A stretch of 64,000 bases of DNA, taken from the NCBI GenBank assembly GCA_902496185.1, contig CABUZX010000006.1:1143-65142 (forward strand), read 5' to 3'. The DNA is from an uncultured Subdoligranulum sp. (lineage in GTDB: Bacteria; Bacillota; Clostridia; Christensenellales; CAG-314). Below, in pieces: positions 19,820 through 29,700 of this stretch. The notes under the pieces are model-generated. The model did not search any database, had not been told where the DNA came from, and worked only from the letters and a program-made list of their open reading frames with translations. Each line of letters begins with the position of its first letter. Position 1 is the first letter of the stretch. The position numbers and the translations under genes are program-made.

Positions 19820-20470
19820 ATGAAAAGAACAGCAAAAAATTATCTTGACTTGTTTTGGACGTGGTTTATTATCGGACTTACTACCTTTGGCGGTGGCTAC
19901 GCTATGATTGCCATTATTCAAAACAAAATCGTAGAAAAAAGAAAGTGGATTTCTAACGACGAACTAACAAAAATAATTGCCATTGCAGAATCCACCCCCG
20001 GCCCTATCGCAATAAACAGCGCTACTTATATAGGTTACAAATTGCTGGGAGTATTTGGGAGCTTTCTTGCAACGTTGGGCGTAATTTTGCCGAGTTTTGT
20101 TATTATTTACGTTATTTCACTATTTTTTAACGACCTTTTGCAATACCAAATAGTTCAATACGCCTTTAACGGAATAAAGGCAAGTGTTTCCGCATTGATT
20201 TTGCTCGCAGGTATCAAAATGCTTAAATCCACAAAAAAAGATTTGCTGACTTGGATTATTTTTGGCATTACTCTTGCTTTGACAATAATCATAAACGTAT
20301 TTGATTGGAACGTTTCTTCCGTATTTTTAATACTTGCAGGCGCGCTTATAGGTCTTGTCACTGTTTTTGCAACCAAAAACAAAGGAGAACCACCGCAAAA
20401 TGATACGGCAGAAAACTCTCCTCAATTGCTCAATCAAAAAAATTGCGACAAGGAGGGTAAGCAATGCTGA
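19820..20470 (+). CDS. chromate transporter family protein (first half-size paralogue)
   Basis: 216 aa. Contains FGGGYAMI and ESTPGPIAIN motifs. Confidence 0.8.
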   Translation: MKRTAKNYLDLFWTWFIIGLTTFGGGYAMIAIIQNKIVEKRKWISNDELTKIIAIAESTPGPIAINSATYIGYKLLGVFGSFLATLGVILPSFVIIYVISLFFNDLLQYQIVQYAFNGIKASVSALILLAGIKMLKSTKKDLLTWIIFGITLALTIIINVFDWNVSSVFLILAGALIGLVTVFATKNKGEPPQNDTAENSPQLLNQKNCDKEGKQC

Positions 20471-21033
20471 CACTCTTTTGGACGTTTTTTAAAATAGGTT
20501 TGTTTACTTTTGGCGGTGGTTACGCCATGATTCCCCTTATTCAACAGGAAGTAATACACCACAATTGGCTGTCTGAGGACGCTTTACTCAACTTTATCGG
20601 TATAAGCGAAGCTACCCCCGGTCCATTTGCAATAAATATCGCTACCTTTGTAGGTTCGTCGCAATACGGATTTTGGGGAGCCGTGTGCGCTACTCTCGGA
20701 GTAATTTTGCCGAGCTTCATCATTATTTTGCTGATTGCTTCAATTTTTACAAAGTTTGAGCAAAACAAATACGTAAAAGGCGCGTTAAGAGGTATTTCTC
20801 CCGTGGTTTGCGCGCTGATAATCGGTACGGGGTTGACGCTGTTTGTACAAAACGTTTGGAGCAATACCTACGACTTGAACTCCGCGCCACAAATAGACTT
20901 TTGCGCTTTGGCAATATCCGTCGTCGCTTTTGCGGGCAGTTTGATTTACAAAAAACTGACCAAAAAAAATTTGTCGGCAATATTCGTTATTTTCTTTGGC
21001 GCGGTAATGGGTATAGCCCTATACTCTATTTGA
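20464..21033 (+). CDS. chromate transporter family protein (second half-size paralogue)
   Basis: 189 aa. Contains FGGGYAMIPLI and EATPGPFAIN motifs. Overlaps the first half by 7 nt. Confidence 0.8.
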   Translation: MLTLFWTFFKIGLFTFGGGYAMIPLIQQEVIHHNWLSEDALLNFIGISEATPGPFAINIATFVGSSQYGFWGAVCATLGVILPSFIIILLIASIFTKFEQNKYVKGALRGISPVVCALIIGTGLTLFVQNVWSNTYDLNSAPQIDFCALAISVVAFAGSLIYKKLTKKNLSAIFVIFFGAVMGIALYSI

Positions 21034-21112
21034 TATTTTTTGCATAATAAAATTTTTAAACAAATAAATTGCCAAACTAAAATTCTGAAGTCAATAGGCC
21101 TCAGGATTTTTA

Positions 21113-21679
21113 TCATTTTTTTAAACCAATCAGCGGAACAAGTTTTTTGGCAAGGAATAAAATGACTGCGCTCAACAAAAGGTCTTTCCACAAGCCGTTA
21201 AATACTAATAGCGTCAATAAAGTCAAAATACTTGCGTCGTTCTTTAAATAAAGTTTAAAAACCAACAAGCCGTATACGCTCCCTAACGAGTAAACGACAA
21301 TCAAAAAGACAGTCACAGCCACAATCAGTCTTTTGAGTTCAGGTTTGTTTCCATGTAAATGTGGATTGGCAATTTTTCCACACAAAAAGCTACCTATCAA
21401 AAACCCCAGCAAATAACCAAAGGTCGGTTGCAAAACGTAAGCAAAGCCTCCGCCGTTAGCAAACACGGGCATACCGACAAGCCCCATCAATATATATATA
21501 GCAACGCTCAAAGCGCAAAACTCACCCAACAGCAACGACAGCAACAAAACAATTGCAAATTGCAAAGTTATCGGAACGGGCAAAGGGATTTTTATAAATC
21601 CACCCACTACTATCAACGCCAAAGAGAGCGCAACGTACGCTAAAATTTTTGCGCCGAATAATTTTTGTTGTTTTTTCAT
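21113..21679 (-). CDS. bioY: biotin transporter BioY
   Basis: 188 aa, multi-TM, with PITLQ...GLVGMPVFANGGG..YLLGF motifs. 4-nt overlap with birA. Confidence 0.85.
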   Translation of the reverse strand: MKKQQKLFGAKILAYVALSLALIVVGGFIKIPLPVPITLQFAIVLLLSLLLGEFCALSVAIYILMGLVGMPVFANGGGFAYVLQPTFGYLLGFLIGSFLCGKIANPHLHGNKPELKRLIVAVTVFLIVVYSLGSVYGLLVFKLYLKNDASILTLLTLLVFNGLWKDLLLSAVILFLAKKLVPLIGLKK

Positions 21680-22479
21680 TTGATTAACCTTGCGCTGATT
21701 TCTCCGCTATCCAAGCTTTGGATAATACCGTCGGGAGTTTTTACCAATAGTTTGTAATCTTTATTTAGTCCCACCACAATTCCGACGTCGGTTTTTTTGC
21801 CGTTTTTTAGTATATCAACCATGCATCCAACAAAAGCGAGGCGTTTAGAGTACTCTTCAAAAAGTTTTGGCGAAGTCAAATCCTGCAAAAAAGCGTAAAA
21901 GTTTTTGAGTATACAAGCAAGAAATTTGTTTTTGCCCAAACTATTTGTTAAGGCAATTTCTCCCGCAATATCCTTTATTGTTTCATCAAAACCGCCTATC
22001 GGTTTGTACAAATTGATACCTACTCCCACTACCGCGTAATTTAACGAGAGAGTTTTTGCGTCAATTGAGCCTTCTGTCAAAATTCCGCACACTTTTTTGC
22101 CATCAACCAACAAATCGTTTACCCATTTTATTTCGCAAGTTCTGGAAGTAAATTTTTCTATTGCAAAAGCAACTGCTACCGCCATAGCAACCGTAAGGTT
22201 TGTTGTGATTTGTATGGGGAGCACAGGACGAAGCAACAAGCTAAAATAAATTCCGCTGTCTTTCGGTGAAAAAAACTTGCGGTTGTACCTACCAATACCG
22301 TCGGTCTGACTATGCGCCACCATTAAATAATCTGAAATATTTTCTTCTTCGGCAATGACTTTAAGTATTTTGTTGGTAGAAGTCACCACTTGTTTTACTT
22401 CTACTTTTTTTATCGGCAAGTCGCAAAGCAATTGCTCCAACTCTGTTTTTTGTAAATCTTTTTTTATGTTTTTATCCAT
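21676..22479 (-). CDS. birA: biotin--protein ligase, class I (no N-terminal wHTH)
   Basis: 267 aa. The catalytic core starts near residue 25 (VTSTNK) and includes the QTDGIGRYNRKFFS motif. There is no room upstream for an HTH domain. Confidence 0.85.
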   Translation of the reverse strand: MDKNIKKDLQKTELEQLLCDLPIKKVEVKQVVTSTNKILKVIAEEENISDYLMVAHSQTDGIGRYNRKFFSPKDSGIYFSLLLRPVLPIQITTNLTVAMAVAVAFAIEKFTSRTCEIKWVNDLLVDGKKVCGILTEGSIDAKTLSLNYAVVGVGINLYKPIGGFDETIKDIAGEIALTNSLGKNKFLACILKNFYAFLQDLTSPKLFEEYSKRLAFVGCMVDILKNGKKTDVGIVVGLNKDYKLLVKTPDGIIQSLDSGEISARLIK

Positions 22480-22485
22480 ATTTTC

Positions 22486-22514
22486 ACTTTAACAAAAGGT
22501 AAAACTGTTGTCAA
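22486..22514 (-). promoter_or_regulatory. sigma-A-type promoter, leaderless configuration (birA-bioY)
   Basis: Minus strand reads TTGACA-17 nt-TAAAGT-GAAAAT-ATG. The -35 lies inside one arm of the palindrome. Confidence 0.45.
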
Positions 22515-22539
22515 CCAAAAAGATAAACAAGGTTGACAA
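22508..22539. promoter_or_regulatory. BirA-operator-like palindrome
   Basis: TTGTCAACC-N14-GGTTGACAA, a perfect 9-bp inverted repeat overlapping the birA-bioY promoter. Confidence 0.55.
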
Positions 22540-22545
22540 TAGTAT

Positions 22546-22579
22546 AAAAGCAGGCTCGCTGTTGCAAGCCTGCCAAAAA
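22546..22579 (-). terminator. probable terminator after the thioesterase gene
   Basis: GCAGGCT-N10-AGCCTGC followed by TTTTAT on the minus strand. Confidence 0.5.
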
Positions 22580-22969
22580 TTATTGATTGAGTTTTGCAAG
22601 CGTTTTTTCCATAAACTTGTCGTTTTGAATAATAAAACGCTCGTGAGTACCCTCTCCTATAAGCCCCTTTTCGTCATATGCTTTTACTTCAAAAACAAGG
22701 CGCCTTCTGTCGATTTCTATCAGTTTGGCTTCGCAAGTGACTTTCATACCTATTGGAGTAGCGGCAAGGTGTTTTATCGAAACCATAGTGCCGACAGTCC
22801 CGCAACCTTCGTCAAGATGCTCCTGAACGCAATGGCGCGACGTGCCTTCCATAAATGCAATCATATAAGGCGTACCGTAAACGGGCAAAGCTCCGCTACC
22901 CAAGTTGCTTGCAGTCAATTCCTTAGTGACGGTAAGCGTCTGCGAAAAAGTAAGACCTACTTTTAACAT
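22580..22969 (-). CDS. hotdog-fold thioesterase family protein
   Basis: 129 aa. Pattern GTPYMIAFME...VGTMVSIKHLAATPIG...RRLVFEVKAYDE. Confidence 0.6.
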   Translation of the reverse strand: MLKVGLTFSQTLTVTKELTASNLGSGALPVYGTPYMIAFMEGTSRHCVQEHLDEGCGTVGTMVSIKHLAATPIGMKVTCEAKLIEIDRRRLVFEVKAYDEKGLIGEGTHERFIIQNDKFMEKTLAKLNQ

Positions 22970-22980
22970 AATATTTCTCC

Positions 22981-24516
22981 TTATTTGCTTTTTGGTTTCA
23001 TTGTAGGAAACAACAAAACGTCCCTTATTGAGTAACTGTTTGTAAACAACATAATCATACGATCAATACCGATACCAATACCGCCCGTAGGTGGCATACC
23101 GTATTCTAACGCCATAACAAAATCGTCGTCCATCATTTGCGCCTCGTCGTCACCACTGTTGCGTTGTTTGACTTGGTCGGCAAAACGATTGTATTGGTCT
23201 ATAGGGTCGTTAAGTTCACTGAAAGCATTGCCCATTTCTCTTGCGTAAATAAAGAACTCAAATCTGTCGGCAATACGCGGATCACTTGCCTTACGTTTTG
23301 CAAGCGGACTTACTTCTACGGGATAGTCGTAAATAAAGGTCGGCTGAATAAGATGTTCTTCCACCTTTTGGTCAAAAATTTCGTACAAAACGTATCCCCA
23401 AGTTTGCTTTGCTTTTGGCATTTCAATACCCATTGATTTTGCCACCTGCAAAGCCTCTTCGTCCGTAGTAATTTTGTCAAAGTCAACGCCAACGTACTCT
23501 CTGACGGCTTCTATCATACTCAAACGCCTCCAATTGTTGAGGTCGATAACTACGTCGTTGTATTGAAGTTGGCGTGTGCCGAGCACCTTGTCAGCGCAAT
23601 AACAAAACATATTTTGAGCAATTTCCATCATGTGTTCAAGATTGGTGTACGCCTCGTAAAGCTCCATAGTGGTAAACTCAGGATTGTGTTTGATATCCAT
23701 ACCTTCGTTGCGGAACATTCTGCCGATTTCATAAACCTTTTCAAATCCGCCAACTATCAATCTTTTGAGATATAGCTCCGTAGCAATACGCAAATACATA
23801 TCCATATTAAGAGTATTGTGATGCGTAATAAACGGACGGGCGCTTGCGCCACCTGCTATGGTGTTGAGAATAGGCGTTTCCACCTCCAAAAAGCCAAGAT
23901 TGTCGAGATAATCTCTTATGGCGGTGATGATTTTGCTCCTAATTACAAAGGTGCGTTTTACTTCAGGATTGGCAATCAAGTCAACGTAACGCTGACGATA
24001 ACGCATATCGGTATCCTTAAATCCGTGGAATTTTTCCGGCAGTGGACGCAAAGATTTAGCAAGCAAGGTCAAAGAATTTACGCGTACAGAAACTTCGCCC
24101 GTGTGCGTAACAAACACAAAGCCCTTTACACCTATGATATCGCCGATATCCATATTTTTAAAATCCAAATAAGACTCTTCGCCTACTTCGTCCTTTTTGA
24201 CGTAAATTTGAATTCGTCCTTCGCCGTCTAAAATATGACAAAAAGACGCTTTACCCATAATTCTGCGACTGACGATACGTCCTGCAATGGAAACTTCCTT
24301 TTCGGTAAGAGATTCGGCATTATTGAGTATTTCGGCAGAAGTATGCGTACGGTCAAAACGAGTAATTTCAAACGGATTTTTTCCGTTGGCAACGAGATTA
24401 GCAAGTTTGTCTCTCCTGACTTGCAAAATTTCCGCAAGGTCAACTTCTTGCTCTATTGGTTGCGCTTGATTGACGTCAGGATTTTTTTGATTGTTGTTTT
24501 GTTGATTGTCCTGCAT
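22981..24516 (-). CDS. lysS: lysine--tRNA ligase (class II)
   Basis: Class II motifs FRNEG and GGIGIGIDR. Start set at ATG 24516 (GAAGGA Shine-Dalgarno sequence 8 nt upstream). ATG 24531 is the alternative. Confidence 0.93.
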   Translation of the reverse strand: MQDNQQNNNQKNPDVNQAQPIEQEVDLAEILQVRRDKLANLVANGKNPFEITRFDRTHTSAEILNNAESLTEKEVSIAGRIVSRRIMGKASFCHILDGEGRIQIYVKKDEVGEESYLDFKNMDIGDIIGVKGFVFVTHTGEVSVRVNSLTLLAKSLRPLPEKFHGFKDTDMRYRQRYVDLIANPEVKRTFVIRSKIITAIRDYLDNLGFLEVETPILNTIAGGASARPFITHHNTLNMDMYLRIATELYLKRLIVGGFEKVYEIGRMFRNEGMDIKHNPEFTTMELYEAYTNLEHMMEIAQNMFCYCADKVLGTRQLQYNDVVIDLNNWRRLSMIEAVREYVGVDFDKITTDEEALQVAKSMGIEMPKAKQTWGYVLYEIFDQKVEEHLIQPTFIYDYPVEVSPLAKRKASDPRIADRFEFFIYAREMGNAFSELNDPIDQYNRFADQVKQRNSGDDEAQMMDDDFVMALEYGMPPTGGIGIGIDRMIMLFTNSYSIRDVLLFPTMKPKSK

Positions 24517-24544
24517 GATTTTTTCCTTCATTTTGTTTAGTCTT

Positions 24545-25018
24545 TTAATTGATTTCCATCAACTTATATTTTACGATATTGCCGTTTGGCAAAAATACGG
24601 TAAAAGAGTCTCCCTTTTTTTTGCCCATAACGGCAGAACCTATCGGGGATTCGTTACTAATCCTTATAGGATTAGCAAAAGGATCGGCTTCCGTCGTACC
24701 TACTATTTGATAGGTTTTTTGTTTTTTGTTTGCGTCCGCAATAACAATCGTACTACCAAGCTTTACTTCAAAGTGGCGGGCGCTATCGTCAATAATAATG
24801 GCGTTTTTTAGCTTTGACTCTATTTCCAATATTTCGCCTTCAAATTGAGATTGTTCTGCCTTTGCTGCGTCGTACTCGGCGTTTTCTGAAAGATCGCCAA
24901 AATCGCGAGCAACCTTGATTTTTTCGGTAATTTCCGCACGGCGTACAGTTTTGAGATACTTAAGTCTTTCTTCAAGTTCTTTTTTGCCTTCCGCAGTGAG
25001 ATAAACTTCTTCTGCCAT
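24545..25018 (-). CDS. greA: transcription elongation factor GreA
   Basis: 157 aa, [17 protein letters not shown]...[13 protein letters not shown]. Confidence 0.95.
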   Translation of the reverse strand: MAEEVYLTAEGKKELEERLKYLKTVRRAEITEKIKVARDFGDLSENAEYDAAKAEQSQFEGEILEIESKLKNAIIIDDSARHFEVKLGSTIVIADANKKQKTYQIVGTTEADPFANPIRISNESPIGSAVMGKKKGDSFTVFLPNGNIVKYKLMEIN

Positions 25019-25085
25019 AATAAATCTCCTATTAAATGTTTTAAGTAATTCACTTGTTCATTATCAAGTGAAAATTTTATTAAAT

Positions 25086-25114
25086 ATTATACCACAAAGC
25101 AGTGTTTTCGTCAA
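25086..25114 (-). promoter_or_regulatory. sigma-A-type promoter of greA-lysS
   Basis: Minus strand reads TTGACG-17 nt-TATAAT with a TGG extended -10. The leader is about 60 nt and carries an AGGAG Shine-Dalgarno sequence. Confidence 0.6.
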
Positions 25115-25141
25115 GGATATTGTCGGTATTTATATTTTTAG

Positions 25142-26350
25142 CTATTTGCTTTTAAGTCGGTTTTTGGCGTTTTTTTTGGGATTTGAGTGGGAATTTAATA
25201 GACACATCAACCTATACAACAACGGTTTTTTCAATTTGACTGCGTTGTAAGGACAAAGCTTCTGACAGCAATAACAACGAATACAATCTTTGCGCCTTAT
25301 ATGTGCTTTTTTGGGAGTTGTTTTTCCCGTCATATCTATTGCTTTTTCGGGGCAATGAGCAAAACATTTGGCGCATCCCTTGCATTTTTTACGATTGATA
25401 ACGGGACGTTTAGTAACCCAATTTTTTCGCAAGAAACGTTGCAAAAAACCTTTTTTGGTAAAATCTCTATCCACTACGACGACGGTTTCAAAGTCTTTTA
25501 CAAAATCTTTTTGCAATAAATCAAAGTCAATTTCCGTATCGCTTAAATTCTGAGGCAAAAGTCCCCTTTCCTGAGCTTTTTTAATAAGTGGCATTTCTTC
25601 TGGATTTGCAAATAGACTGACTCCCGCTACGTCCACCAAATAAGGATTTTTGCCTGCCAAAATTTTGCCGACGAATTTAGGCTTGCCGTTGGTCGGTCCT
25701 TCGCCCTCCATACACATAACGGCGTCCACAAAGTGCAAAACTATTTTTTGACTTGCAAATTGCTCTATATCAATAAGACAATCGCAAAAAACGTTCAAAG
25801 TCGGATAAAGACTGTGCGTTTGCGCTTTAACCAAACCGGGTATCAAGCCGTAAAGATTTTTTACCGCCCCCGTATACCCCGTAAAGCTATGAGTTTTGAG
25901 TTTGCCTATATTGATAACTACGTCTGCGTTGTTAAAAACGTCGATAATATCAAGAGTGTGTACAACCTTTCCGTTAATTTGCTTTGAACTACTTTCAAAG
26001 TTGTCTATCAACTGCGCTCCGCTGTTTAAACACGCCTGAGTCATTCCGCAAGTTTTGAAAGTTGCGTTCATAACCGTTTTGTTGTAAGCAGAACCGCTAC
26101 TATCTCCCACAAAAACTTTTGCGCCCGTTTGAGCAATAAGTATTTTGGAAACTGCCTCAACAATGCTCGGATGAGTAGTCCCGCATTTTTCAGGAGACAT
26201 TTCACGCACGAGATTAACTTTTAGCAAAACGTTTTTGTTTTGCCCCACTACGTTTTTTGCGCCACCGAGAGAATCAAACAGGTTTTTTACGGCCTCATCT
26301 ATGCGAGCTTGGTCATAATCAGCAACCGAAGTAAAAAAAACTTTTTCCAT
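25142..26350 (-). CDS. DUF362 protein with C-terminal 2x[4Fe-4S] ferredoxin domain
   Basis: 402 aa, with CKGCAKCFAHCP and CIRCYCCQKLCP at the C-terminus. Confidence 0.7.
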   Translation of the reverse strand: MEKVFFTSVADYDQARIDEAVKNLFDSLGGAKNVVGQNKNVLLKVNLVREMSPEKCGTTHPSIVEAVSKILIAQTGAKVFVGDSSGSAYNKTVMNATFKTCGMTQACLNSGAQLIDNFESSSKQINGKVVHTLDIIDVFNNADVVINIGKLKTHSFTGYTGAVKNLYGLIPGLVKAQTHSLYPTLNVFCDCLIDIEQFASQKIVLHFVDAVMCMEGEGPTNGKPKFVGKILAGKNPYLVDVAGVSLFANPEEMPLIKKAQERGLLPQNLSDTEIDFDLLQKDFVKDFETVVVVDRDFTKKGFLQRFLRKNWVTKRPVINRKKCKGCAKCFAHCPEKAIDMTGKTTPKKAHIRRKDCIRCYCCQKLCPYNAVKLKKPLLYRLMCLLNSHSNPKKNAKNRLKSK

Positions 26351-26356
26351 TTGTTT

Positions 26357-26385
26357 ATTCTAACAATTTTTTTTAAAAAAAGCAA
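26357..26385 (-). promoter_or_regulatory. sigma-A-type promoter, leaderless configuration (DUF362 gene)
   Basis: Minus strand reads TTGCTT-17 nt-(TGT)TAGAAT-AAACAA-ATG. No Shine-Dalgarno sequence. Confidence 0.55.
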
Positions 26386-26405
26386 ATCTTTTGTCTTGCG
26401 TTTAC

Positions 26406-26433
26406 TTGTATTTTTTTGTAATTAAGCTATAAT
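26406..26433 (+). promoter_or_regulatory. sigma-A-type promoter, leaderless configuration (85-aa ORF)
   Basis: TTGTAT-16 nt-TATAAT-AATACT-ATG. No Shine-Dalgarno sequence. Confidence 0.55.
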
Positions 26434-26439
26434 AATACT

Positions 26440-26697
26440 ATGAAATTATGGATTCGCTGTTTTAAAAAGGATAAACTGATTTTAAACGAACTTTTAACAA
26501 ACTCACAGTCTCTCACCTGCTACAACCTCGGCGTGGCGCTGACGGAATTGTGTGACAAATTTGATTTACCAAGTCCTATCGTGACGGAAACAAACGTCAA
26601 CAATCTAAATACTTTTAATCATACCAAATTTAAACAAAGTGACTTTTTGGAAAAAATAGATTTTGATTTTTTGGAAATCGGTAATATTCCAAAATAA
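26440..26697 (+). CDS. hypothetical 85-aa protein
   Basis: An ORF bracketed by its own promoter and a strong terminator. I recognise no family. Confidence 0.45.
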   Translation: MKLWIRCFKKDKLILNELLTNSQSLTCYNLGVALTELCDKFDLPSPIVTETNVNNLNTFNHTKFKQSDFLEKIDFDFLEIGNIPK

Positions 26698-26705
26698 TTT
26701 TAACG

Positions 26706-26740
26706 TAAAAATACTCCGAATTTTACGGAGTATTTTTTAT
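26706..26740. terminator. bidirectional terminator (85-aa ORF / purL convergent)
   Basis: AATACTCCG-AATTTTA-CGGAGTATT, flanked by A and T runs. Confidence 0.8.
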
Positions 26741-26757
26741 TGCTTTTTTATTAAGTA

Positions 26758-29700
26758 TTAGTTTTTAAAATATTCTACAGCGGAACGGAATATTTGCATA
26801 TCGTAGTTCGCGTAAACGTTTTTATATAACCCGTAGCCTATTCTCTCGGAGTGCCCCATCTTGCCGAATACTCTGCCGTCGGGAGAAGTTATACCCTCTA
26901 TCGCGCAAACCGAGTTATTGGGGTTAAAACGCACGTCTGCCGTAGGTTTGCCTGATAAATCAACGTATTGGGTTGCAATTTGCCCGTTTTGAGCAAGTTG
27001 CAAAACGGTTTTTTCGTCGGCAAAAAATCTACCTTCACCGTGTGACACAGGCACGGTAAATATTTGACCTACTTTAGTGTTTTTGAGCCAAGGCGATTTG
27101 TTTGAGGCTACTCTCGTGCGTACCAACATTGATTGGTGACGCGCAATGGTATTGTAAGTAAGCGTTGGACAATCTTCCGTCACGTCTATTATTTTGCCGT
27201 ACGGAACTAATCCAAGCTTTATTAGCGCCTGAAAACCATTGCAAATACCGCACATAAGTCCGTCTCTTTTTTCCAGCAAAGCAGTAACTTCCTGCTTAAT
27301 TTCGGGATTACGGAAAAACGCAGTAATAAACTTGCCCGATCCGTCAGGTTCGTCACCACCGGAAAAACCACCCGGAATAAACACTATTTGCGAAGTTTTT
27401 AAACTTTTTACAAATTTTTCCACCGAATACGAAATATCGTCGGCAGAAAGATTTTTGACGATAAATATTTCCGTATCTGCGCCTGCGTCTGCCATAGCTT
27501 TTGCCGAGTCGTATTCGCAGTTAGTACCGGGAAACACGGGTATCAATACTTTTGGTTTTGCAACTTTAACTAACGGAGTGCAACGTTCCTTTGCATTAAA
27601 GTCAAAGACAGGTATATCCTTTTGAGTTTGAATTATATTACAAGGATAAATTGGTTCCAACTTGGTTTCGTAAACCGTTGCAACGTCCTTTGCTAAAACC
27701 GTTTCATTACGGTAAGTAAACTTGCCGTCATCCGTTACAATGCCTATCGTTGTAAAATCATTGCAAACACAATCACAAGTAACTTCTAAAAGCATAGCGC
27801 CGTAATTATATCCAAAAATATCTTCCGTCGAAAGAGTATCGTCAAAAGCAAAACTCAAACCGTTGCCGAAGGACATTTTCATTACAGCCTCGGCAATACC
27901 GCCGTAAGTTGGAGTATAAGCCGATACTGCCTTACCACTCCTCAACAACTCCGTAGTTTTGTTATACACTTTTAACAAAGATTCAGCTGTAGGCAATCCG
28001 TTGGAGTCAAATTCAGGACGGAGCAAAACGACTTTATTACCACTTTGCTTAAATTGATTGGCAACGATATTGTCTACGTTGTCCGTCGTAACGGCAAAGG
28101 AAACCAAGGTTGGCGGAACGTGCAAGTCCTCAAAACTGCCCGACATTGAATCCTTGCCACCTATTGCGGGAACTTTTAAACCAATTTGAGCCTTTAAAGC
28201 ACCCAACAACGCCGAGAAAGGTTTGCCCCAACGACAGCTGTCTTTACCGAGTTTTTCAAAATACTCTTGAAAAGTCAAATATACGTCCTTAAAATCCGCG
28301 CCCGTTGCAATAAGCTTTGAAACAGATTCCACAACAGCAAGGTACGCTCCGTGGTATGGCGATTTTTCCGCAATAAAAGGATTGTAGCCCCAAGCCATTA
28401 AAGACACCGTATCGGTATGCCCCTTTTCTACGGCAACTTTGTGTACCATTGCCTGAATAGGCGTAGCCTGATATTTTCCACCAAATGGCATAAGCACCGT
28501 GTTTGCGCCTATGGTCGAGTCAAAACGCTCAACAAGTCCTTTTTTGGAACAAACGTTTAAGTCCCCCGCCGTCTTTAAAAGATTTTCGGCAAAACTGCCG
28601 TTTATTTGTTTGTTAAACTTTTGCGGAGCGCACGCGTGTACGTTAATATGCTTTTCCGCTCCGTTTGAATTTAAAAATTCCCTAGAAATATCTACTATGT
28701 TTTTGCCATTCCAACGCATAGTAAGGCGTGGTTCTGACTTTACGCGGGCAACTATTGTAGCTTCGAGATTTTCTTCGTGAACAAGTTGCAAAAATTTTTG
28801 AACGTCGGTGTCGGCAACCACTACCGCCATTCTTTCCTGCGATTCGGAAATAGCAAGTTCAGTACCGTCAAGTCCTTCGTACTTTTTTGGAACAGCGTTT
28901 AGATCTATATCCAAACCGTCCGCCAATTCGCCGATTGCAACGGATACTCCGCCCGCGCCAAAATCGTTGCAACGCTTGATAAGCGTAGACGCCTCTTTGT
29001 TGCGGAATAGTCTTTGAAGTTTGCGTTCTTCAGGAGCGTTACCTTTTTGAACCTCCGCGCCACAAGTTTCTATTGATTTGACGTCGTGCGATTTTGACGA
29101 CCCCGTAGCCCCTCCGCAACCGTCTCTACCTGTCTTTCCTCCGAGCAAAATAATTACGTCGCCGTCAACGGGCTTTTCTCTCTTGACGTTTTTTGCAGGA
29201 GTAGCGCCTATTACCGCGCCGATTTCCATATGTTTTGCAACGTATCCGTCGTGATAAATTTCGTCAACCTGACCTGTTGCAAGACCTATCTGATTGCCGT
29301 AAGAAGAATATCCTGACGCCGCAGAAGTAACTATCTTGCGTTGAGGGAGTTTTCCTTTGAGCGTTTCTTCAACGGGTTTTAATGGGTCTGACGCGCCAGA
29401 AATGCGCATTGCGCCGTAAACGTAACTTCTGCCACTCAATGGGTCTCTTATCGCTCCGCCTACGCAAGTAGCGGCTCCGCCAAACGGCTCGATTTCCGTC
29501 GGGTGATTATGCGTTTCGTTTTTGAAAAGTAACAGCCAATCTTCTGTCTTTCCGTCGACGTTAACCTTCATTTTGACGGTACAAGCATTGATTTCTTCCG
29601 ACTCGTCAAGGTTGGTAAGGTATCCGTTTTGTTTTAAATATTTTGCGCCGATTGTGGCAATATCCATAAGATTGATCGGCTTTGTTCTGTTGAGGGATTT

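Noticed and set aside
25049-25072. The hairpin TTCACTTG-N8-CAAGTGAA in the greA leader.
   Set aside because: No U-tract follows it and I recognise no known motif. It could be a simple mRNA-stabilising stem, and the evidence for a regulatory role is insufficient.
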